Assembly: GCA_977017575.1 (NCBI GenBank)
Contig: CDRNVI010000049.1
Span: 248,001 to 312,000, forward strand
Source: Paramoeba atlantica
Lineage: Eukaryota > Protista > Discosea
Length of the DNA stretch: 64,000 nt
Direction: 5' to 3'
This document shows, one piece after another, positions 10,427 through 19,600 of the stretch. The position numbers and the translations under genes are program-made. Numbering within the stretch: position 1 is the first letter of the stretch; the number at the start of each line of letters is the position of its first letter. The notes below the pieces were generated by a model. The model saw only the letters and a list, made by a program, of their open reading frames with translations. It was not told the origin of the DNA and did no database searches.

Positions 10427-10709
10427 TTACCACACGTTACCACACATTAAGTTCAATTACCAAAATATAACGCGTAGGGGTGGAATACATGTAATACGGT
10501 ATTATACGCGTGCTGTAATACGCGTATAATTATTGTAATTTAATTTATTGTAATTTAATACGCTGGTGAAGTGGATCATTCCGGGACACACGTACAGGAC
10601 TCTAAAATGTGTAGATACAATACATGTACAAGGAATACATGCACCTTGGCGCGCCGAAGCACGATAGATATCATGATAGAATCCCCAGTTAGAGCGATGC
10701 TACTACACG

Positions 10710-11681
10710 CTAAGTCGACTCGTGAAGCCTTTTATTCGCTTCGAGCAGCTTTTTCGCAATATCCGGAAAATCTGTAATGAAGATATCAGTTAGCTCACGA
10801 AAAGTAAGCGAAATACGACGCGAGGAAATGTTGCTTGTCGCAATAGCATGTTTCCAATAGTATCGGCTTGGACCTGAAAGAACGTATACGGCTCGTCTGG
10901 GAACCGTAATGCGAGCTACGTAAGAATCACGGACTTCCCTCTTACACACTTGATTGACCCAAGATTCAGACTCTGCATGAGTCAAAGACGAGTCCGAAGT
11001 ATTTAGATTTTCGTGTTCCATCGTAAAAATGAGCTCCGTACCCGACAAAAGGTTGAATCCGACAATCCGTGGACCCCATGCCCACGTATCGTCCAGGTGT
11101 GGATCAATATGAGAGCCTCGAACGGGAGAATACTCTAGTGCTACCATCTCTGCTGCGCGAAAACCATGCATAACATCCTTCACTGTACCATATGGCATAC
11201 CAGAGGTCTCCGTAGCAGTTCCTGAATGCTTGAAGTTAAACTCATAATTATCCGGTTGAACAACCTCAGTACAACTCGACAAACGTCGCAAAGCGTCACC
11301 CACGATACCTGGAATAGGTTCAAAGTCAGTGTCTAGCTTTGCTCTCCGACGCAAAAAGTTAATTTTCGGTCCAAAATCTTGTTTCCGGCGTCCGCTTTGT
11401 GATGGAGTCCAATTCCGCACTTTTGAAGCGTTTGTAATGGATTCATCCTTTGAGCAAGCAGATGATATGCATGGTTGAAATAGAGTGTCTTCATTGTCAA
11501 GGAATTGTACTAACGATTTTTCTTCAGATAAAGTGAGAAAATCAGGCAGAAGAATTAATCCGGGAACATCAACTGCATTGGTGGTATCAATTCTAGTTGG
11601 TTCATAAAGAGGACGCTTGTTACAAAGCTTACAAGACCGTATTCTTGTGCAACAACATGCCTCGACTCGGGATGTTTCCAT
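10710..11681 (-). CDS. ALKBH4: AlkB homolog 4, Fe(II)/2OG dioxygenase
   Basis: N-terminal CCC.RIRSC..C, SQSGRRKQDFGPKINF, HIDPHLDDTWAWG (HxD), WKHAI and RRISLTFRE. Start moved from the track TTG at 11690 to the ATG at 11681. Confidence 0.9.
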   Translation of the reverse strand: METSRVEACCCTRIRSCKLCNKRPLYEPTRIDTTNAVDVPGLILLPDFLTLSEEKSLVQFLDNEDTLFQPCISSACSKDESITNASKVRNWTPSQSGRRKQDFGPKINFLRRRAKLDTDFEPIPGIVGDALRRLSSCTEVVQPDNYEFNFKHSGTATETSGMPYGTVKDVMHGFRAAEMVALEYSPVRGSHIDPHLDDTWAWGPRIVGFNLLSGTELIFTMEHENLNTSDSSLTHAESESWVNQVCKREVRDSYVARITVPRRAVYVLSGPSRYYWKHAIATSNISSRRISLTFRELTDIFITDFPDIAKKLLEANKRLHEST

Positions 11682-12177
11682 AGTAACCAATCTGTACGTG
11701 TTAGCTCCACTTGGATATTCTCTTGCTCCGGTTAGGGATACTATGAATACATTTTCCTATTGATTTAGAGAAATAGCCTATAATTTATTTATAAATTTAC
11801 ATCTTACTATAATGTAGCCTAGCACACTAAGACTTGGTGTACCACATCTTAGAGCCCTGCCTGTGACATCTTTCGAAAAGGCAATATTAATGAATCCTTC
11901 TAAAAGTATCATACAGTATAAAATGCTTTGCTTACTTTTACACTGTGCGGTATACTGTAATGCATTGTACTGGCTGCATGACTACCCTATGCAATGGTTG
12001 CTTTAGAAATATAATGCTTATAGAAAATGAGAACATTGACCAAAATCTTGGTTGCACTAGACAAAAAAGTCTGGATTACAAGTGCATTCGAATAGGATTA
12101 GTCCTACATACTACTATATGAACGTACTAGAGATCATGTGCTAGATATCGACGCTAGGAGAAATACCCCACAGCCAC

Positions 12178-13332
12178 TCAAGTGCTCGGTTTTCGTCTCT
12201 TTCTTCCAATACCCTCTTCTACAGCTGTAATAGCATTCGGTGCAGTATCAGTAAAAGACAATGTACCCATTTTTGGTAAAGTAGACGATTCTTTCGGATC
12301 ATTGGAATGATTTGGTGAGCTGAACGGTTCGAAACGACGCTTTTGGGCCGTTTTCATTTTTTCGGGAGGTGAATCGGCCGTTTCTAAAGATGAGTCTGTC
12401 CTCAGTGTCGCACTTGGCATGTCGCGCGCCTTGGATAACACATGAACCCATTCGTCACCCATCAATTTATTTCGCAAAACATTGTCTTTGAGTGGATTAT
12501 CCAGCTCCCTTCCATGCTCCGGAGGTTCTGTGATAGAAGCGGGAAACGGCTCTCGATGCTTTGGGTCATGTACCGCATATGCGTTAGGATCCGCCGTTGC
12601 TTTAAACTGTGCGAAGCGGGAGAGAGTATCGTTACCTCTTGCTTCATCATTTTTGTCGGACAAATGTTTGGTGGAAGACAATTCCGGTTTCGGAATGAAC
12701 ACGGGTGTCCTTACTACGCCAGCAATGTCACCACCTCTACGATCTCGGGCGGAAGCGATAGACGGATCTGTGCTGGCCATCTCGTCAATAGACTGCATGG
12801 AAGGCAGCGGGGCTGATATCCGGTAAAAAAGCATGTCCTTCTTTAGCACAAGATGTCGATCCATCCCGCTTCCTTCGCTGTGATGCCCAAGATTGTACAA
12901 TTGTGCCAGTCGATGCAACTCTTTTCGATCGTAGCCGCTAAGATTTGACGGACAAACGTAGCTTGTTTGGGTGTCATCCTCCACAAATTGCGCAATGTGC
13001 TTTGACCAAAAATGTACAAAACGGGGTCTATCTTCTGCCACGGTAAGTTCATTTCTTGCCTTTACAAGTCGAATATCTTCGGAAGTAAGCTTCATGTACT
13101 GCGGCAGTAACTGTAACGTCTCCGGAGCAGTCAGCGCGGCCAAAGTGTCCACTCCATACATCGTACTTGTCGAAAAAGACTTCCCGTCGTGTTCCGTGCT
13201 AAAATCACCGCCATTTCTTTGCTGTTGAAGAGCACGTGCAGCCTGGGAAGCAGCAGATAGGAAATGACGCTGCTTGCGAACAACATCGCTTGCAGCTTTT
13301 GCCATTGCCAACACTTCGTCAGACGAATTCAT
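12178..13332 (-). CDS. R3H-domain nucleic-acid-binding protein
   Basis: PSNLSGYDRKELHRLAQLYNLGHHSEGSGMDRHLVLKK (RxxxH). Long disordered C-terminus ending in basic RKRRKP. Confidence 0.75.
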   Translation of the reverse strand: MNSSDEVLAMAKAASDVVRKQRHFLSAASQAARALQQQRNGGDFSTEHDGKSFSTSTMYGVDTLAALTAPETLQLLPQYMKLTSEDIRLVKARNELTVAEDRPRFVHFWSKHIAQFVEDDTQTSYVCPSNLSGYDRKELHRLAQLYNLGHHSEGSGMDRHLVLKKDMLFYRISAPLPSMQSIDEMASTDPSIASARDRRGGDIAGVVRTPVFIPKPELSSTKHLSDKNDEARGNDTLSRFAQFKATADPNAYAVHDPKHREPFPASITEPPEHGRELDNPLKDNVLRNKLMGDEWVHVLSKARDMPSATLRTDSSLETADSPPEKMKTAQKRRFEPFSSPNHSNDPKESSTLPKMGTLSFTDTAPNAITAVEEGIGRKRRKPST

Positions 13333-13603
13333 TCAAGTAGTGGAAAAGATAATAAAATTCTTCACCCTTATTATGGAGTGAAAAAGATTCTCTATGTCAA
13401 TATCACATTTATTTATTTACGTCATATTATATGACATATTGATATGATGTACTCTATTTCTCATTGATTTTAATAAATGGCAAGTCACAAATTTTGAAAA
13501 ACAGTTATGAAAATTCTAAAATTAATAAATTTAGTTTTTGTTCATAAAAATCTTTTAGAACATAAACGGGGGTACGGCTTAATGTACCGGGTACTTTTTT
13601 ATA

Positions 13604-13772
13604 TACTGGGGGAGTATAATCGCTACCCAATATACCCCCCCTGGGCACCGTGGAAAACAAGGTGGTGGGGGGTATAAACGCTCTATTTTTTTGAGCGTTT
13701 ATACCCCCCACCACCTTGTTTTCCACGGTGCCCAGGGGGGGTATATTGGGTAGCGATTATACCCCCCCAGTA
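13604..13772. mobile_element. MITE 3, a fold-back element that is almost entirely palindromic (TA-flanked)
   Basis: 81-bp arms (13603-13683 and 13693-13773) with 1 mismatch and a 9-nt loop. Ends are TA-CTGGGGG and CCCCCAG-TA. Confidence 0.85.
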
Positions 13773-14135
13773 TTGCCCCTTCATGTATTACCCCCATCAT
13801 GTATTGCCCCTTCTAACATTTTTGGTTTACCGCAAAAAAACATTGGAGCTAATACAGTAACTAACAAAAGTGTTCAAATGTTTTCACAAATTTTAATGTT
13901 TTTATATTTTACAAAAGAGATGCAGAGGATAATGCAGTAGTATATTACAGTAGTGTAGGCTGGAGTAGTGCTTACAATCCCACATACTTAGACTTCATCA
14001 ACGATCTTACTATAAAAAACTATGAAAGATAATGCGAGCCCAACACTTGAACACTTTTTTCACTTTTTTGAGATTATTTTTTTTTGACCAAAACTTTGCC
14101 TTACTTCACCCTTACCAAACCAAAATGACCAAAAC

Positions 14136-15084
14136 TTAATACTTCGTAAGTCCCCCCTTCGCCCTAATTCTGCCCTCAAACGACGGGGCATGCTACGGAC
14201 AAGAGGAAGACATGCACTCGGAGGAAGGCCTGCCCACGCTTTTTGGGCGCGTCCCCAAAGTTCCAACATTCCTACGGGAGGATCTGGATGATCCGCAGTT
14301 GACTTTTTGAGCTCGCCCCACAGGTGCTCTATGGGATTTAAATCAGGAGACTGCGGGGGCCAGTCTAGGACACACAATTCTTGTAAATGAAGGAATTCCA
14401 GGGCCTTCTTACTCGTGTGCTTTGGATCATTATCTTGCTGGAAGATGATCCAGTCCTTCATGACTTCCAACTTGTGGAGGGAAGGAGACAAATCCTGTGA
14501 AGTATTCGAACGTACTGTTCAGCATTCATGTTGCCATGAACCAGAGCAATGGAGCCCACGCCGTGAAACATCATACACCCCCATACCGTGATGGATCCCC
14601 ACCGTACTTCACGGTGCTGTGTGTATTTCGCTCTGAAAGTGCTTCCCCAAAGCTCACCCACGCCCACCTGCAGCCATTCGACTCGAAACGGCGGATCTTA
14701 CTTTCATCAGTGAAAAGCACACGGCTCCAGTCGGCGTTCGTCCAATGCTCGTACTTCTTTGCAAAAGCAAGACGTAGAGCTTTGTGACGCTTCGTAAGGT
14801 GGGGTTTCAGTAATTTCCTCTTCCCCTTCAAACCACGCTACCGAAGGTAAACCCGAATGGTTTGGGGTGAAACATCTGCAACCCCCTCATCTCTCAACCG
14901 TTTACTGGTCGCGACTGCATCCCTTAACAGGGCGACCTGTTTTCGGTTTGTTAACTAAGTTGGGTGTAATGTTACTTACATTTCCTACGCTCAATTGTAG
15001 ATATAACGATACTTTCCGAATTGATAATCCGTTCTTTAGTTTTTCTATAACAAGCCTACGTAGATCACTGGGTGTACTGCGCAT
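14136..15084 (-). pseudogene. Tc1-family DD34E transposase, frameshifted and with stops
   Basis: HTH start MRSTPSDLRRLVIEKLKNGLSIRKV..GRP, VSPQTIR..L*RGLK..KPHLT, FTDESK, GSITVWGC, FQQDNDPKH, WPPQSPDLNPIE (34 residues between D and E), and terminal GGLTKY* in a shifted frame (stop at 14136-14138). Confidence 0.92.
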
Positions 15085-15193
15085 AGTGCATTGAAACGCA
15101 AAGTAAATAACGAAAATCTTACTCCATTTACTGTACTTTTTATGCGCAGTACACCCAGTGATCTACGTAGGCTTGTTATAGAAAAGCTAAAGA
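15033..15193. repeat. 53-bp inverted duplication of the transposase 5' end (arms 15033-15085 and 15141-15193, 55-bp spacer)
   Basis: TATGCGCAGTACACCCAGTGATCTACGTAGGCTTGTTATAGAAAA(G/A)CTAAAGA is present in both orientations with 1 mismatch. Confidence 0.9.
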
Positions 15194-15549
15194 CCGTCGC
15201 CGTCCCCTACGCCGGCCCTGCCTGCCGCCGTCCTCGCGCTCCTTCTGTCCATGCGTGAGTGACACCGCCCGGTATCGAATATAACAAGACACCAAACAAT
15301 TATTGGTGTTATTCGGAGTCTCTTTTTACCGGCCGCTGATAAAGTAATTGCCTGCTTTGCTACGCTGATTCGTCAGCGAAGTATATGAAGTCTATGGAAA
15401 TATAGCATGGCTCACACAGCACAAAGGCAGAACAATTGGAAATTCTCCGGCGGCTACGTCCCCTAGTTGGATATAAAGCCTCATCTATCTATCTAAACCT
15501 TAACTGATGCAAAAAAGCCGACGCGAAAATCAGTATCCTTGAGAAGTTT

Positions 15550-15631
15550 TCTCATTGATTTTTATAATTATAATATAGTAAATATAAATTTTCATTTTTC
15601 TTGTAAATTATATTTATAAAAATCAATGAGA
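15550..15631. repeat. AT-rich hairpin with 18-bp perfect arms
   Basis: TCTCATTGATTTTTATAA (15550-15567) and TTATAAAAATCAATGAGA (15614-15631). The core TTTCTCATTGATTTT also occurs at 13457-13471. Confidence 0.7.
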
Positions 15632-15987
15632 GGGAGACTGCATTATTCATGCATCTGTGCACAACGCCTTTTTTTATACCCGAAAGCAAATATTCAATGC
15701 AACTACTGGATAATTCTGAAAGAACCACTCTGAACTTTCGTTAAAGCGCAAAATCGTTGTAAGTTGTCCCAAAGAATCGCTTAGAGTTCCATTGTCCATT
15801 TTCCCCAATAATTGAACAAAGTATCAAAGATCGTTCTATGTATGTACTATGTATGTATGATAGTATTTGCAACAAAATTGCGTCAGGCAAGACATGTTAG
15901 AAAAGGAAGTATAAGACATTTATACAGAGTTACCACAATTAGTTATGATAAATTCGGTAAAGCCATTTAAGCGGACTCTTGTATGAG

Positions 15988-16371
15988 TTACGCTTTTGAA
16001 TGCTTCAAGGAGTAATCATAAAGTTGTTCTAGAACACGTTCTTCGTTTTTATCAACACAGCGCTCAAAATCGTCAATAGTGGAAGAACAATGCTTCATCA
16101 AATTAATCTTGATAGTGTTCAAATTGCTGTTCTTAGCATCAGGGCTATGTTCCCAGTCTACAGACATGGAATCTTGTGATCTTTCAGCCGAATACTTATT
16201 GTAGCATTGCGCAGCACGCTCCCATTCTTCCTTGCAGGGTTCATCTAATACTGGCGTATTACTCTGTATAACGTTCTGAAAGCTTTGGAACGAACGACTA
16301 AGGTGGTCTTGTACAACTCGATACGTGTTTATCTCCGAGTCCAACGCGTCTATATCTAGTGAATCTGTCAT
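15988..16371 (-). CDS. Twin CX9C (CHCH-like) protein, probably mitochondrial intermembrane space
   Basis: C-KEEWERAAQ-C and C-SSTIDDFER-C, each with exactly 9 intervening residues. Confidence 0.65.
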   Translation of the reverse strand: MTDSLDIDALDSEINTYRVVQDHLSRSFQSFQNVIQSNTPVLDEPCKEEWERAAQCYNKYSAERSQDSMSVDWEHSPDAKNSNLNTIKINLMKHCSSTIDDFERCVDKNEERVLEQLYDYSLKHSKA

Positions 16372-16606
16372 TTAGTGAAAATTAAGGCTCATGTTAGTCA
16401 AAATTGTTGCGCTACAAAGTAATCCCATAAATTCTATATCGAAATACTGCGTTATGGTCGTAGTACTACATACAAGTTTTCATGTATTGCACTGTATATA
16501 TCAGTCGTAAGAACTGAAATTCAATTCACAGATGATATGCCATCAAACTAGCATAAAAGCTTCACTAAACGACTTCCTACGCGGTCTCAGACTAACAATT
16601 CACATT

Positions 16607-19600
16607 CTATGCATAACTCACAAAACTCGATTCCAGGGAAGCTAAGGCCGCATCCCATGTCGTCCACTCAGGTATGATTCGACGAGCGGAGTGTAACTTT
16701 GGCGTCTTCGTTAAAGGGTTATTGCAGAGATCTATCGTTTTAGCCCGTGCTTTGCTCCTATCATCACACCAAGTCTCGCACCAGAGCCATTCCTCAGGCA
16801 AAGAGAAGATCGGGACGACCTCCTGAACGTAGTTGGGCAAATCCTGATCCAGATTAGCTAAGCTATGCGATTCTCCTGCAAGGCTATCATAGATTGTGCG
16901 ATACACATCTCCAGCTGTTCTCTCTCGAAAACGTGTAAGATCGACAACATAAATCGCGCTAATGTGATAATTTTTACCTTGTAGATGTGTTTTCCAAAAG
17001 CCGTGTTTCCAAAAACGAAACCCTTCGGTTTCCTTTCGAGCATTTTTGGTACAAAATGGAGTGTATCCCACTGCATGACCTTGTAAATCCATATTGTACA
17101 ACTCTTGCACGTCAGATCGTATGACTTGATCGGCATCGACGAATATGATTCTTTGCACAGATAAAGGAAACAATACGTCAAGAAACAGAACCTTATATGC
17201 CCATATCAAACGCTGCTTTTCAGACTGGGCATGCAGCCAATCAGGCCATTTGTAAGTGACGAGTTCGTAGTCGCAACCAAAAGACTTGGCGTATTGTGGG
17301 AGAACCCTTTTAAAAGAAGGTGACAAAAAATTCTCTACAAGCCAGAATTTCACTCTAGCTTTTGTGTGATTCGTAAGAGTATACATCATCAGTCGAAGAA
17401 ACCTCTCATAAAGAAACCCGGAAGCGATGCTGAATATATGTACCCTGGGATCATTTGTGGCAGGAACTCCCTTCACCCCTGAGTCGGAGTAAAACGGAGT
17501 TGTGGTGGCGTCCTTTCCATAACTTGCTTCACACCTTTCAACTTTAATTTCTAAGTGAAGATCCGAAAATTTGTCAATGGAAATAGAGAATGAGCTCCCT
17601 TTTACGTTCATATTGAACTCGGAACTCATGGACACATGTACTACGCGATATTTCTTGCTCCAATCTCCTTCTAGTATTGATATGGTCCATTTGCCTGGGC
17701 TCAGTTGCAACTGAAAGTAACCAAAATTGGACATCACAGTGGTATCGCGTGTTTCAGTAGTACCAGATTTTCGAGCGAATAATGGCAAACCTGGAACTGG
17801 TTGCCCTGTGACACGATCCGTACATGAACCGGAAAGTACTAGAGAGCGTAGCTCGTACTGGACCTTTACAGATGATACTAAGCCATTTTCAAGGAATATA
17901 TTGTCCAAATCGTGGTGAGAGCGACTTGGAAAACTCAGCCAAGTTACGGGCTCCTGTACACTCATGGTGTATAAAACTGTTTTTGGCAAATCGTGGAACA
18001 CAATGGGGGGATGTAAATTATCGTGAGGAACCCAGTCATAGTTGAAGGCGTATTCATAATACGCAGGTGAGGGTATTTCAAACATAATTCGTTTAGGATT
18101 CAGGAATATACGAAGTGATAGAGTAAATTTCTCGTAAAGAAGATTTGCCAGTACCAACAACTTAGACGCATCTGGAGAAAGAGGATTTATGATTGCCGAA
18201 ATGGAGTGAAGACCATGGGATCGATTGTTGGGAGAAAAAGATAATCCTGGAAGACAATCTGTATAAAAGATATCTCTGTCCCCATGCTTCCGTGCATCTT
18301 TGTCCACGATGAGCGAAAAGACAGCACAAAACGCACTCAGAGTACCATTATTGACGTTTAGCCTATGTAAGATGCTGTTTAGCTGAGCTGAAAACTCTGG
18401 CGTAAATAACCGCAACAATTGTTCATTAAAAAGTGCAAAATCCTCCTTTGAAAAGAGAATCATCCCATCGTTGGATGTGCTCAAATCAACACAGCGACCA
18501 TTGGATATCAAAAAAGCAGGTAACGCACCGCAGACCTGAGCAGCGATTCTTTCATCCAATATGTAACGTGTATAATCGATTTTATCAGGGTGATCCATAT
18601 TATCCGGAAATTGCAGTGAAAAGTCATGAATTAGCGATTCTGAAAGATTATGTATTCGGGGTTTACTAGCGCTTGGGGTACTAGCGTCTGCCAAATTCGA
18701 CAAGTAGGCCTCTCTCAAATAGTTTGCTATTTTAAGTACTTTAGAAAAGCTTTGAGTCGAAAGAGCACTAGTTATCGCACGGATAGAAAAGTCTTCGCTG
18801 CTTCCTATAAAATAGAAGGCTACGCGTATCGCATTTTCATGCTCATTTCCATTTTTGAATGGAAAAGTGCCATTCACAATTTGTGATACTATACCAAGCA
18901 ATGAGTCAATTCCTTGCAAAGTGCGAATGTCAGATACTACGATGTGTGACAAATTGAAAATTCGTGTATCTTTATCGTCGGAAATCCAATTGCCGCTCTG
19001 TAAAACACGTATGTAGTCATCAATACTCAAAGTCACATATTTCGGAGCTGTATACAATGCTGGTTGTAGATGTATTACAGAACCTAAATTTTTCGCAATG
19101 TTTGTTGCACTGTCTTTTGTCAAGGAGTTCAAAAGTCCCTTTTTAACCAAGGGTCGAAGGGCAACACGCTCCTCATCCACCGCTTTTGCAATGTCTAAAT
19201 CCTTTGCCAGCGGATTTCCGTTCATGAAAGTAGCAGGCACTTCGTTGCCTCTTCCTGACTTTCGAACGTATTCCATCGCTTCTTTGTATGTTGCGTACCA
19301 TTTTCGATTTTTTAAAATTTTGGTCAACGAATGTGTAGTAAATGTGTTCAAAGTTGATACTATTAACGATTTATCTATAACGACGTTCTTTGTACCTGCC
19401 AGTTTATACAGGAATTTATAACCAAGCGTTGGATCAGATGCGTCGTTTTCGGAAAGAAAGAAAAAGCAAGAGATTATTATTTCTGCAAGCGAGACTTTAC
19501 TTCTGGAGAGGCTCATATCATTTTCAACGTTTCTGATGTCTTCCATATCAAGGGTGATGGGCGCTGAAGTTTGTAGCTTGTGTTGATCTACAAGGATAAC

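Noticed and set aside
13853-15135. Candidate Tc1 terminal inverted repeats (TA-CAGTA at 13853 or 13946 versus TACTG-TA at 15129-15135)
   Set aside because: Only the first 5-6 bp match convincingly, so I cannot define the element ends.
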